DNA from: the human T2T-CHM13v2.0 reference genome, Homo sapiens
NCBI RefSeq assembly: GCF_009914755.1
Contig: NC_060947.1
Reading direction: 5' to 3' (one strand)
DNA: 64,000 nt
The translations under genes and the position numbers were made by a program. Below the pieces are notes generated by a model that saw nothing but the letters and a program-made list of their open reading frames with translations, searched no databases and was not told where the DNA came from. Positions 39,101 through 56,569 of the stretch are shown here, in pieces. The number at the start of each line of letters is the position of its first letter. Within the stretch, counting starts at the first letter, position 1.

Positions 39101-39515
39101 AAGTCTGAGTCACCTCAGACCATTGCCTTTTATGCTTGCTCTGTCATACCTTGTGGAAATGTAAAAGATCAATGACAGCTAGCCTTTTCACACAATTATT
39201 TATGCCTCGGCCCTCTAATTGACACAGTTACCCCTAGCACTCATCGTTGTGATCACCTGCAGCCAAGACGCTGATTTTCTGCTCCTATAGCCTGGCAACC
39301 TTGTGGTACATGGGACTACGTCCTTTAAACTACCCAGGAGCAAAGTTGGACTTCCATGAAAAAGGTTTGTGCAGATCTAAAACCTCTCATCTATTTCACT
39401 AAAAGGACTTCCCCTTCTAACTGTCACCCTTACCAATGTAACCCTGTCCTCTCTATCACCACCTCCACCTGTCTTTAACTAACTCTAGACCTGTCCTTAA
39501 TTGCTTTTATGGTAT
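36156..39515 (+). mobile_element. HERV-I/HERVIP10-type element: LTR10-family 5' LTR 36156-36741, degenerate PBS-Ile, deleted internal region, integrase C-terminus and env start; truncated at 39515
   Basis: LTR start TGTGAAAAGTAAAGTAGAGGTTCCTCTTCAAAGAC; TGGTGGAAATCCGTAC after the LTR; EGPY-like..LLTTETA..AEKGWTHHTQVK at about 38860-38950; ACSVIPCG env motif at about 39130. Confidence 0.75.
37041..37197 (+). repeat. About 40-bp tandem repeat x4 in the ERV leader
   Basis: Unit AAGAGGTGAGAAATCCCCATTGGGGGGGTTGAACCTCAAA. Confidence 0.9.
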
Positions 39516-40943
39516 TGGAATAGGAATTAAAAGAAATTAAAGAATGTGTAAGGAGAAACTCAGTTGTATGTAAGAAAACCCAATTCCCCCTGAGAAAGAG
39601 AAAGAGTTGGAGTCCTTTAAAAATTAACTGCCTGTTTTTCTGTGGCTAGTGAGCCTTATCTCTCCTCCTTTCCCAGACATTGTGAAGACCCTGTTTCTCT
39701 AGCTGTGCAGCTGCAAGGTCACTAGACAGATAAACTCAAGTTGTAAAACATGTTTTTCCTTGAAAAGTAAGAAATGCTGTAATGCATTTCTCAATTAATT
39801 AAATAACTGTCTTTGTTTCTCGCTTCTGTAATATGCTTCCCCCTGCACAGATCTCCACCCACCCTACAAAATGCTTAAAAGGTAACTTAACTCTTTGTTC
39901 TGGGCTCAGTCCTTTGGGCTGAGTACTGGGCCGGTGCACCTAAATAATAAATATCTTCCTGAACCCCATTTGTCTCTCTGATTCCTTAAAAAATCCCGCA
40001 ACATTTCTGGGGACTCGCCTGGGATTGGAGACGACAGATTTACTGTCTCCTTTGCCTGTGGGGACTAGAGCCCAAGGACCGGGGGAGACCCGGCATCCAA
40101 GGTGTATCACAGGGGAGCTTCACCCAGACAGAGATAGGCTCTCCCCGCATCCCAGTGGCCTGCCCAGCAGTGCAATGGAACCGGGGATGGGGCTGCAGGA
40201 AGATACCAGCACTTCAGGAACCGCTGTAAGGAGCAAGGGCCCAAGGCATGAAAGCCCATCCCATAAGGATGAAGGGGAGCTTGGTCACCTCCCAGGGACC
40301 AACCAGTAATCCAACCTAGAGTGGCTGGGGGCGGCAGGAGTGGCTTGCCAATTTGGATGAACCTCGTGTCCCCACTAACAGTGGAACTGGGAAAAGGGAG
40401 AAAATGGGCCGATAGAGTGGCAAGTGCAGCAAGGTACAGCTTGCTGGCAGGGTGGCAAGAGTGGCTTGCCATCCCAACTGGGAGTGTGTGGGTGCATGTG
40501 AACCTACCTGGGACATGAGAGAGGCTCATTTTGTCCGATGAGGAGTCCTGGGGTAGGAGTGGTCTGTGTATGTGTGTGAATGTGGGAGCCTAACTAGGCT
40601 CACCTGGGACACGAGAGAGGCTTGTTTCATCCGATGAGGAGTCCTGGTGCAGGGGAGGTGTGTGAAAGTGTGAGAAAGAGACGGTCTCGGGAGAGGCCAA
40701 TGTGGGGAGTGATGTGGGGAGGCACAGATCCCTCAGCGTGGGCTGTGTGCTCCGAGGCAAGTGTGGGGGAAATCAGACCTAGGACGCTGCATACGGCTGA
40801 TCGAACCAGCTTCACAGCCACAGCAGGCTGTGACAGGGGAAGGCACATTCCTGGCTAAGCAGTGTCCAAAACTCCCGTAATAGGACCTGGTCTGGTGGAC
40901 CCAAGGGTGAAAGTGAAAGGGAAAGTGCACCACAAGGGAGGAA

Positions 40944-42661
40944 ATGGGAGGGAAAGCATTGAAATCAACTCCTTTGGAGTGCATGATATAGAATTTTAAA
41001 AAAAGATTTAGAGGTGATTATGGGATGAAACTGGATGCTCAAAAGCTAAGGACATAACTGTGAAATAGATTGGCCTGCTTTCAATGTGGGGAGGCCCTCC
41101 GAAGGTATAATAGGGAATTAACTGGCCATGTGTTTAAGGTGGTCACTGGAGTTGGAGGACAACCAGGATACCCAGACCAGTTTCCCTATATAGACTCTTG
41201 GCTCAATGTGGCACGAAGTCACCTCAAGTAGCTACAGCCCTGCCTAGAGGGATATTGCAAGGCATTAGTGTCTCATGTGGCCCAACCAAAGGAAGCAGAG
41301 GAACCTAAAGCCCCTAGCATCTCCCAGGAAAAGGAATCCCTGAAGCCTCAGCTGAAACCAGTTCTTCAGGCCCCACCCAAGGAAAGGGAATGTCCGCCCC
41401 CATATGTGCCAGTCTACCCATCTTTGACCAGAATAAGGCAGGAGGCAGAGTCAGGAGTGTCCGGAGAGTTGGGCTCAGAGGAAAGTGAGGCTCAGTCTCC
41501 CCCCACAGAGGACCAGAAGCCCCCATTATAAAAAAACAAGGAAGATGGACAGGGTGAGGCAGCTGGGTGCCTCTGCTCAGGCCGACCACAGGCTTTGCAG
41601 ATGCCACTTTGAGAGACCAGGACACAAGTTTATGATGACCAGGGGCAGATACAAGGCGGCCCTAGGCTTTATGTTTATCAGCCTTTCTCCACTACTGATC
41701 TCTTAAATTGGAAACAACACACCCCCTCCTATATAGAAAAACCTCAGGCTCTCATTGATTTGGTGAATTCTACTATTATGACACATAATCCAACCTGGCC
41801 GGATTGTCAACAACTTTTGCTAACATTATTTAATACAGAGGAGCATAGGAGAGTTAATCAGGCAGCTCTCAGCTGGTTAGAAGGGGAAGCCCCAGAGACC
41901 ACCCCTAACCCACGCCAGTTCAGCAATACCCAAATGAGGACCCTAACTGGGATCCAAATGAGGCAAGGGACATGGAAGGCCTGCAGCAATATAGAAAGGC
42001 ACTCCTGAATGAGAAAAAAGCAGGAGTAAGGAAGACAATGAATATAAGCAAAATATCAGAAGTGTGCCAAAAGCCTGACAAAAGCCCAAGTACATTTAAT
42101 GAAAGGCTTTGTGAGGCCTATAGGCTGTACGTGCCAATTATTCCAGAGGCTCCTGAAAACCAAAATATGATAAATATGATGTTTGTCGGACAAGCTCAGG
42201 GAGACATAAGACAAAAGCTTCAGAAGCTGGAAGACTTTGCAGGGAAAAATATTAGTGAACTCCTGGAAATAACAAACAAAATATACATAAGCCAGGAAGA
42301 AGAGGCAGAGAGAAAGCAAGAAAGAAAAACCAGAAATAGAAACAAAGAGACAGCTCAATTTATAGCTGCTGCACTAGCAGAAAGTAACCCTGGATTTGCT
42401 AGAGGGAGTGGCCGAGGCAGAGGCCGAGGAAGGAGACAGACAAGGGCGGGAGATGAAAGCCAGTCCCAGCTGGACAGGAACCAATGTGCAAGGTGCAGGC
42501 AAATGGGCCACTGGAAAGATGAGTGCCCCGAAAAGGAAAAGGATGGAGATGATGGTCAATGATGTAACAGCCAAGTGTGGCATTCAGTTGCTAGTCGTGG
42601 TGCTTCAAAGGCAGATCCTGATCTGATCGGTCTAGAGCGGGCCGAGAATTTTGAGGACTGA
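40944..42661 (+). pseudogene. ERV gag (disrupted)
   Basis: ATGGGA start, PPPY late domain, THNPTWPDCQQLL capsid motif, CCHC knuckle CARCRQMGHWKDEC; several stops/frameshifts. Confidence 0.9.
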
Positions 42662-46633
<3,972 letters not shown>

Positions 46634-46729
46634 AGCTTGAGAATCCTGCAAGCTCTGCTCTAGTCACAGCCCGGAAGCTGACTAGTCTATGCACAGCCGA
46701 AGCTAAAAGGACCATCTCCGGATAAGCAA

Positions 46730-48984
46730 ATGTGGATACAATTTATAAGCCTAGCTATAATTCTGTCAATACTGGTTATTATGTTATGTTATTACTGCAA
46801 ATGCTGCAAATGTCTATGCCCAGAGGAAGGTTTGCCATGCCCATGTGTAGTGTAAGCATGTTTCTATTATATACACTAATGTTCTTACCATTTCTGCCTA
46901 TACTAAAAAAGGAGAAATCTCTAGAAAGATGCCCATACTGTGTACACACTACCTGGGTAAGAAACACCATAGTTAAAACTCTACTGTACCATACCTACTA
47001 TGAATGTACAGGAACCAAGTTAGGAATCTGCACATACAACCAGACCACCTATTCATTCTGTGACCCAGGAAATAATCAGCTACATGTAGGTTATGACCCT
47101 AAACTCTTACCTTATGAATTCTGGTTTGAGGTACATATTAAATCAGAGGGAGAAAAAGAAGGAGAGCTTATAGCTCGAACCAAAGAAGCCCCTCCCTCCT
47201 ATAAAAGGCGTAGTTCCTTGTACTTTGATGCCTGCCATGCCGCATATGTTCATAATCTTAAAAAAAACAGAAGCAGCCTGCAATGGTTTAACACAAGAGA
47301 GGCTGAGCAGGAACAGCCCTAAACATCTGTATGGAGAACCACAAATCGGATGCCCGGACCGTAACATTCAGTGGTCTATGCTAACACAGCTCCAACACTT
47401 ATATTCAGGATGGACTGCTCTGCTAAGTAGTATGTCAGTCAAACTAAATTGTAAGACAAGGACATGCAATTCTTTAAATTTTACTATCTTAAAGCCAGAG
47501 CTACCTTTTTGGTCTACAGGGCAGGCAGCACTATTATGAGTTGATAGACAAGAAGCAGGCCTTGGAGTTCCACTACTGATTGTCAAAAAGACTAGAAGGA
47601 CTCAAATGTGTCCAATCCCCCAATTCTGGGTCCATAAGTCATTCTATAAGCATTTTGATCAGCCAGTGCCTGAGCTTCCCCCATCACCCAAAAACATATT
47701 TGCTCAACTAGCTGAAAACATAACTGGCAGCTTAGGAATTTCCTCATGCTATGTATGTGGAGGAACTAATATGGGTGACCAGTGGCCATGGGAGGCAAAG
47801 GAATTAATGCCACAAGGTAACTTCACTTTGCCTAACCCTGCCAGTGAACCAACAGCCTCAGCCAGTGTTTGGTTGTTAAAAACCTCCGTAATTAAAAAGT
47901 ACTGTATCACCCGATGGGGAAAGGCTTTCACAGAGGCAGCAGGAGAAACAACCTGCCTAGGGCAACAGCATTATGATGAGACTAAAAACAAAACTCTACG
48001 GAGAAATGCCCAGAATGACTCCTACTTACCAGGTCCAAACCCTTTCTCTTCATTCTCTACTCTAAGCCACACTTGGAATCAGCTAGAGGCTCCAAATGCT
48101 TGGAAGGCATCCTCTGGCCTATAATGGATCTGTGGAGCATGGGTACATCAGCAACTGCCGGCTAAATGGACAGGGGCATGTGTGTTAGGAACAATCAAGC
48201 CATCCTTCTTTCTAATTCCTCTAAAGCAAGAGGAACTCTTAGGATATCCAGTTTATGATGAAAATAAAAGAAGAACTAGAAGAAGCATAATCACAAAAAT
48301 AGACACAAATGTCAAAAAGATGTGGACATAGGAGACTGAAAAGATAATGAATGGTCTCCTGAAAGAATCATTAAATATTATAAGCCAGCTATCTGGGTGC
48401 AAGACGGTTCATGGGGATATTGCACCCCAATCTATATGCTCAACTGCATCATAAGGTTGTAGGTAGTCCTTGAAATTATAACCAATGAAACACCAAGGGC
48501 ACTAGGTTTATTGGCAATACAAGCAACACAAATAAGAAATGCTATACATCAAAATAGATGAGCTTTGGATTACCTCTTAGCCTCAGAAGGAGGAGTATGT
48601 AGAAAATTTAATTTAACCAACTGTTGCCTAGAAATCGATGATAATGGCCAAGCTATTATGGAAATCACTGCTAGAATGGGCGAGTTGGCCCATGTTCTAG
48701 TTCAGACTTGATCCGGGTGGTCCCTGGATTCCTTGTTTGGAGGATGGTTCTCAGCCTTTGGAGGATTCAAAACCCTCATTGGTAGGTTCTTGCTTATTCT
48801 TGGCAACTGCCTCATCCTCCCTTGCCTTTTACCCCTGCTTACTAGGAGTATTCAGTCAACTACAGAGGCAATAGTAACCCGACACACTACCGCACAGTTG
48901 ATGGCATTAACCAAATATCAGCCACTGCCAGTAGAAGCAGCTCAGCTCCGCGAAGAGGTGGCAAGTAGTGGTGCTTTCTATTAA
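46730..48984 (+). pseudogene. ERV3-like env (disrupted)
   Basis: [28 protein letters not shown]; furin site RRTRR at about 48270; [19 protein letters not shown] with CX6CC; TM segment. Confidence 0.9.
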
Positions 48985-50618
48985 CACCTTTGTTATAAAA
49001 AGCACCAAAGGGGGGAATGGAAATAGGAATTAAAAGAAATTAAAGAATATGTAAGCAGAAACTCAGTCGTATGTAAGAAAACCCAATTCCCCTGAGAAAG
49101 AGAAAGAGTTGGAGTCCTTTAAAAATTAACTGCCTGTTTTTCTGTGGCTAGTGAGCCTTATCTCTCCTCCTTTCCCAGGCATTGTGAAGACCCTGTTTCC
49201 CTAGCTGTGCAGCTGCAAGTTCACTAGACAGATAAACTCAAGTCATAAAACATGTTTTTCCTTGAAAACTAAGAAATGATGTAATGCATGTCTCAATTAA
49301 TTGAATAACTGTCTCTGTTTCTCACTTCTGCAATATGCTTCCCCCTGCCCCACGAAATGCTTAAAAAGTAACTTAACTCTTTGTTCAGGGCTCAGTTCTT
49401 TGGATCTTAATCTTACTGGGCCGGTGCACCTAAATAATAAATATCCTCCTGAACCCCATCAGTCTCTCTGATTCCTTATCAATCCCACTACACTATGAGA
49501 ACCTACATCTCAATGGTCAGGCATTGATCAGACATTGTGGCAATCCCCACATTTCTTGCCACAGGGCCCTGTCAACACAGCAGCCAACAAAGGTTTACTG
49601 AGTGAAGTACATATAGGTACAAAAAGACTTATAGAACCATTATTTTCACAATAAAACATCTTACCCCTGTTGCCCACTGCCAGAGAATAGCCATCATCTC
49701 TCTCCTTTCAAGGACCCTTGTAAATAAACACATACAAACTGACAGAAGCAGGAAATGTGAGGCAGCATGTTTAATCATCTCCATCTATTCGAAAACCCCA
49801 TGAGATAGTTATCATTGTTATTCCCATTTTACAGATGACAAAACTAACACAAACGGAGAGTGATCAAGTGAGATTAGCCAGCTAGCAACAGGAAGCAAAG
49901 CAAAATTTCAGATTCCAGCAGTTTAGCTCCAGGAAGAGCCAGCCTGACGAGGAGACATCTTAGTTAAAATCAGAAAGAGGCTGTTAGATCGTCATCCCTT
50001 CCCATCTCTTTGAACGTGAATTGGTCAAATATTTTCCAGCTGTTTTCTTACCCATCCTCTGGGAACATGAGGTATGATGCGTGCACTCATCCATTAGGAT
50101 CAGTCGTTGGGGTGACTGGAACCCACAGTACATGTAGGGGCCCACAAACTAGTTTAATTTCTTATATAAAATAAGGTTGATGAAAAGGGTCATTGTGCAA
50201 GCAAAAATAGAATGAGTCACTCAAACGATGGAGGATAGGTTCTATGGTTAAAACCTACTCTCTATATTCAGGACATTAACAAGTCCTGAAGTATCTACAA
50301 AACACTTCTTAAAGGAAGAATCTTAGAGCACTCAATCTGTCCTGGCTGTGATTATTTGACAATAAATAAAATGTATTTATTCCTAAACAAGAGCTCAGAA
50401 AGATATCTGTAGAAAAGGGCAGGAGTAGAGGAAAAGAGGGCTATGCAGCAGCAGGAAAGAAGGGAAATCACTGCAGGTCCACAGCACCAGCTCAGCACAG
50501 AAGGTAAGTGCGCATTTGTAATGGGTCTGTAGCCAGAGACATAGCAGAAGCTGCGCTATCCACAGTCACAACCAAAGGCAAAGGAAGGATGCCCTGCAAT
50601 TTTAGAAATCTTGGCTGC

Positions 50619-51215
50619 AGCTGGGAACGGTGGCTCACGCCTGTAATCCCGGCACTTTGGGAGGCCGAGGTGGGTGGATCACTTGGGGCCAGCAGTTCCA
50701 GACCAGCCCAGCAAACATGGTGAAACCCTGTCTCTACTAAAAATACAATAATTACCCAGGTGTGCTGGTGCGCACCTGTAGTTCCAGGTACTCGGGAGGC
50801 TGAGGCACTCCTGAGTACCTGCACAATACATGCAAACACCCACCCCATCCTACTCCCCGGCCCCCCCGCCCTACTCCCCCCCTCCACCCTACGCCCCCCC
50901 GCCCTACTCCCTCCCCCGCCCTACTCCCCCCACCCCGTCCTACTGCCCCCACTCCAACACGTGCTCTCCCGTGCCCAAGGCAAGGCCAAGCCCCTGAGGC
51001 ATGCGCACCTCAGCAGGCCCAACCCACAGCAAATAGTGGGAAGAGGAAAGGCAAGAGAGGAGGTCTCTAAGTGGATACACTGTTACTGAATCTAGGTACC
51101 CAGAAGATGGAGGTTGTAGTGAGCCCAGATAGTGCCACTGCATTCCAGAGACAGAGCGAGACTGTCTCAAAAAAAAAAAAAAAAAAAAAAAAAGAAAGAA
51201 AGAAAGAAAAGAAAA
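50619..51215 (+). mobile_element. Alu interrupted by a ~290-bp insertion (50808-~51097)
   Basis: Alu runs to GGGAGGCTGAGGCA (50807) and resumes at ACCCAGAAGATGGAGGTTGTAGTGAG through poly-A. Confidence 0.9.
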
Positions 51216-51504
51216 GCAATCTCGGATGCTCTAAGCATCATTGTGCATGTTTCCACCCTTGCACTTTGATGTGGATTCATTACTAAGAATTAATAGTGGA
51301 CTTTCTCAAGGAGTGTGCTGCATTTTTACATAGTGCATTTGCGCAGCCCACAAGCTTTGCAAATCCAGGCCCAAGCTCCTGCTCCTGGAGACCTAGGAAG
51401 CATGGGGCTAGTGCAAAATCTCCCTTATCGCCATAAAATGGGCTTGCACAATTCAGCACAGCAGCTTCCCCCAAGTTCCACACTCACGCATGCCTGTCTA
51501 CAGG

Positions 51505-51860
51505 ACAACGCATGCAAGCACGCACCCCATCCTACTCCCCCTCCCACGCCCTACTCCCCCCTCCCCCACACCCTACTACACCACTTACCCCTCCCCCCCC
51601 ACACCACCAACGCGTGCTCTCCCTCATCCGGGCAAGGCCAAGCCCCTGACGCATGCGCACCTCAGCAGGCCCAACCCACAGCAAATAGCGGGAAGCAGAA
51701 AAGCAAGAGAGGAGGTCTCTAAGTGGATACACTGTTGCTGAGTCTAGACACCAGAAGAACGTTGCAGGCGGCGACTCACAGTTCTAGCACTGCCTAGGAG
51801 AGCGTGGTGGCCCCAGCTCAGAATCTGCAGAAGTGCACAGCTCCATCCACACCACTCAGG
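51505..51860 (+). promoter_or_regulatory. RHOXF2: RHOXF2 proximal promoter/5' UTR: C-rich CCCTACTCCCC repeats, NRF1-like GACGCATGCGCA
   Basis: Position directly upstream of the ATG; CpG retention; CGCATGCGCA at about 51650. Confidence 0.7.
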
Positions 51861-51862
51861 GT

Positions 51863-51941
51863 ATGGAGCCTCCGGACCAGTGTAGCCAGTATATGACCAG
51901 CTTGCTCAGCCCTGCAGTCGACGACGAGAAAGAACTACAGG
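51863..51941 (+). CDS. RHOXF2: RHOXF2 coding exon 1 (MEPPDQCSQYMTSLLSPAVDDEKELQ)
   Basis: Matches the RHOXF2 N-terminus; donor G|GTCAGT. Confidence 0.95.
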
Positions 51942-52126
51942 GTCAGTACCTTGATGGGACACATGCTTTTGCGAACTCAGGAAACCAAGGTTCTCTGGGA
52001 GAGGCGAGTAGACTGGATGATACCCCTGCACTACCACTGCTCTCAGAGTGTAGCCCCTCACCACCTCCTTCCAACACCCTCAGGACCAATGCCTTGATCT
52101 TTCTCTTGGGGTTTCTACTTTTCCAG

Positions 52127-52538
52127 ATATGAATGCTATGGTGCTGTCGCTTACTGAAGAGGTCAAAGAGGAGGAAGAGGATGCACAGCCTGAGCCTGAG
52201 CAAGGCACAGCAGCAGGAGAAAAGTTAAAGTCGGCAGGAGCCCAAGGCGGAGAAGAAAAAGATGGCGGCGGAGAAGAAAAAGATGGCGGCGGCGCCGGAG
52301 TTCCTGGCCACCTATGGGAAGGAGACCTCGAGGGCACCAGCGGCAGCGATGGCAACGTTGAGGACAGCGACCAGAGCGAGAAGGAACCTGGGCAGCAGTA
52401 TTCGCGCCCACAGGGCGCCGTCGGGGGGCTGGAGCCTGGCAACGCGCAGCAGCCCAACGTCCACGCCTTCACCCCATTGCAGCTGCAGGAGCTGGAGCGC
52501 ATTTTCCAACGCGAGCAGTTCCCCAGTGAGTTCCTGCG
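52127..52538 (+). CDS. RHOXF2: RHOXF2 coding exon 2 (DMNAMVLS...FTPLQLQELERIFQREQFPSEFL)
   Basis: ttccag| acceptor, CG|GTAAGC donor; homeodomain helix 1; WEGDLEG/ELERIF variant and position relative to RHOXF1 fit RHOXF2 rather than RHOXF2B (from memory). Confidence 0.95.
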
Positions 52539-52962
52539 GTAAGCCCATTGCTCTGGTTGGCGCGCGGTTTGCAGGGAGGCGGCGTTTGGCTTTCCCGCAG
52601 TCCCTCTCCTACCCTCTCCCCTCCTGAACCAAAACCCATCTGGGGCCTGGTGTTGCTGCCGTCCCCTCCCCGCAGACCCCTGGCACCTAGTGGGTTCTGT
52701 AGTGGGGCTATGCCTATTAGGCATCATGCAGAATTTAAATGAACCAAGTTGGGCAACTTTGGGCTGAGGTCAGTTATGATAAATAACTCCTATCCCAGGC
52801 GAGGCAGAAATAAAGATGAGGAGATTAAGGTTCTGTACAGCAAGTGCAGGGTCGCATTCTGACCTTATTTAAAATTCTGAGAAGTCCGTCGTTCGTCTGG
52901 GTTTCCTTTGGTGTTAATTTTTCTAAGTTTCAAATAGTAAGTTAGAATGTCATTTATATTGA

Positions 52963-53341
<379 letters not shown>

Positions 53342-53469
53342 TGAGGCTCAGCTGGGTGTTACAGAACAGCCTACTGGGTGTGGGGAGTTGGTAGAATAAA
53401 AAAATTAAACACAAGAATGAAACGACACCCACAACTCCAAATGCTGAACACGTGTGGTTTCTTCCATAG

Positions 53470-53515
53470 AAGGAGGCTGGCAAGAAGCATGAATGTGACT
53501 GAACTCGCAGTGCAG
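53470..53515 (+). CDS. RHOXF2: RHOXF2 coding exon 3 (46 nt, (R)RRLARSMNVTELAVQ)
   Basis: catag|AAGGAGG...GTGCAG|gtcagt. Confidence 0.96.
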
Positions 53516-56500
53516 GTCAGTAAACCGAAAAAGCAATCGGGCAGGGGAGCCATTCTAAAACCCGCTTCAGGGCTTGGACACACTTTGACCCAGACATTGC
53601 CATCTTGGTGTTTTTGTGGCCTTTTTCATGTATAGGCAATGAGGTCTGAACTTTGGGATCTTTGTGGCTGGAAAATGCAGTAAGGAAAGCTCAGCTTGTG
53701 GAAATTTCCCATTACCAGAGGGAACATGACAATCCACGGAAAAAAAAATGAGTACTGAACTGTTTCCTTTATTCCTTGTGTATAAAATATATTATACACT
53801 TGAATAAATTACAAATATATAAATATATGTATTCCAAATTACAAATATATATAATATATAACAGTATAAATTAAATATAGCATAATATATAAGATTGAAT
53901 TCCTAGCACTGGTATCCTTTAGGTAGCACTTCCATGTGGAGGCATCCTGGGGTTTTCTGACATGGGGATTATTCGAACTAATGCTCCAAAGAGCTCCATT
54001 AAACTAAACTATTTAATATATTTAAAACCAAGCATAAACTCTTTGGTTAAGAATTTATAAATGTTTAGGCATTGGGGTAAAGGAATAATTCCCAACCAGA
54101 ACGTATGTTTCCTTAAGCTGAGACTGATGGCGGGGGATAGCATAAAGTTCAAGCGCCTGGCCCTCCTACTATTGTTTTTAAGTATTTGGTGAAGCCTTGT
54201 AGAGAGTGGCAGCTCTAAATTTTAATTTTCTGGAATACTTTGATATGGCAGGCTGAAAACATTGCTGACATAGTTGGTTTTGCATTATGGTAGAGATAGC
54301 GAAAAGGCTTGCAACCTTTGCAAGTTTATCTAGAAACCAAAACAAACTACAAGATCAATTTTTCATAAATTTCCACCAACCTAAGGATGGAAGTGTTAGG
54401 CAAGAATTGTATACAGTCACACTCATGGCTTGGGGAAGCTGCCCCCATTCAACTTTTGAAGCTACCAAATGCATCAGTGAATATTTTCTTGATCAATTTC
54501 TAGCATTTAAGAGATTTTTTGTTTCTTCCAGTTTGTTGTACTAACAGGAAGAGATGTGTTTTGTGGAATGTGTTGATAGTGGGGGATGGCTGTCAGGTCA
54601 GGCTAGACTCTTACCTGTGGTAATTTGAAATACCTTTTTATTTATTTGCTCAGGCTGTGATAATAAATTTGTAGGTCAGTGGATCCAAAGGAGTATTTGC
54701 AAAAAAGGAAGAAAAGAAAGAAAAATCGGGATGACCTTAATAGCTTTTCTGCAGAGCTCATGTGTGTGAGTGCAGTGAGGGAACTATGCTGCGGTTCTGT
54801 CAATGGTGGCATGCAGAAAAGCTGCCTGACAAAACGGGGCACTGAGTGTTGGCATCCTGTTGCCCTCCATTTTCTCAGGCAGGCAATGCCAATTTGGGGG
54901 AGATGAAATATTGACGTTTTGGTGAATTGCCTTTCCCCTCCCTGGGTTTACATAGCATTCACTCAATGCAGTTCTGAAGGCAAAAGGACCACTCTCACTC
55001 AGCAAATAAGGAAAAAGGCATGATGTTCTCATCTATTGCCAAACATTTCAGCATGAATATCTCCAAAAATTTTTAATAGATGTTTCCCCCCTCTGTTTTG
55101 TAAAGATAGTAAGGGCTGGTTTATGAAACCGATACGGAGACTAGGGACCTAATGTTGTCCCATAGCACATTTGGCCCACTTTTGGCATTGCTTATGTTTA
55201 TGAACCTTTGACCACAGGTACATTGGAATTGTCTCTAAACAAGCACTATTACGGTAGGCTTAAAATTTAGACTATGTATTCATGAGGGAGAAGGACTCCA
55301 AATAGTAAGATGGGAGAAGGAAATGGGGCATCAAACAGGGAGAAGAGTCCCTTTGTCCCATAAAATTTGCAGTTTGGGAACTTCCAGAAGGATCAAAATA
55401 CAATGGAAATGTCATTAACTAGAAGCTTGGGGGATAGTGTTGTTTAATTGACAGGTTTTATTTTTTGGTCTTTTAACAATTGGCAGGTGTTTGGGGAGTA
55501 GTGTTTTTTGATACCTCCTCCACATTACTACTGAACGTGTTCAGAGTTGCCTATTTGGACACTCCCGCTTTGGGAATGCTGATGAGATTGGGATCTTCTG
55601 CTCGAGTAGTGAGGCTAGATGGCTGAAGGCGTCCCATGGAACTGGGCAACCAAGTCTCTGTCCCATATCCCAGGACTATAGGGAGAACAAAGTGAGCTGA
55701 CCTTGTCCTTAGCCCAGGAAGATTTGGAGGGAGGGATGAGTTGGAGCGTGCAGAATTAGCAATGCTTCCTTTCTCTCAAACTCTCAACTGGGCAAAGCTT
55801 TTTGAGAATTTTTGTGAATTTGGACAACATTTGTGTCCTCCTTCCACAAAGCTTCAAGCTGAAGTGTGAAGAGTGTCCAGGGCTTCAGATACCCTCATTT
55901 CCCAGCAAGACAATCCACAAACTCCCTGGGCCCCCTATAACGAGACTTGCCTTGCAATATACCATCTTTTTAATTCTCAAGGAGTTTCAGAAGATGAATG
56001 ACCCCTTAGAATTTCTTGAAGGAAAGAAAACTTGTTTTAAAATACAATGTACTCTTACCGATTTTTTACTTTACACTGAAGATGGGCTTTTCAAAACGGG
56101 GGCCTCATCTTCTTGGTATGACTTTAAAAGGCACCCCCGCCTTTTTTTCCAAGCTCAGCTTCCCCCACGACCAGGGTGACAGTGGCCTAGTAAGTAGGAG
56201 TTGGTGGGCAGCTGGGTAGCTGATGGTCAAGTATCTGCAAGCAGACATGCCACACATAGCAATACCAGCAGGGATCGAGTCCCACTCATCAGCTACACCT
56301 GCACCCAAGAGTGGAAAAAGTAATATTACAGATAAAAGGAGAGAGACAAAGAAATAAGCCAAGCCAGAGCGTACGTAGCACATACTTGGAGCTCACTAGG
56401 GGAAAGGTGTGGTGGTCACCTTTCTAAGATATTTTAGTAGTAAGGAAGTAGCTTGTCTTGATACACCCGAAAAGGTTAAGGACATAGAGAGTTGCTTGTT

Positions 56501-56569
56501 GTGTTTTTTTCCATGATGAAATTAAATGCTCAGTATACTAAACCTGTTTCTTTTTTCCTCTGATTGAAG

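Noticed and set aside
46732-48984. Syncytin/ERV3-like functional env
   Set aside because: Split into several frames with stops, including one within the immunosuppressive domain
52080-52727. 215-aa antisense ORF over RHOXF2 exon 2
   Set aside because: Expected shadow ORF in GC-rich coding sequence; no independent signals
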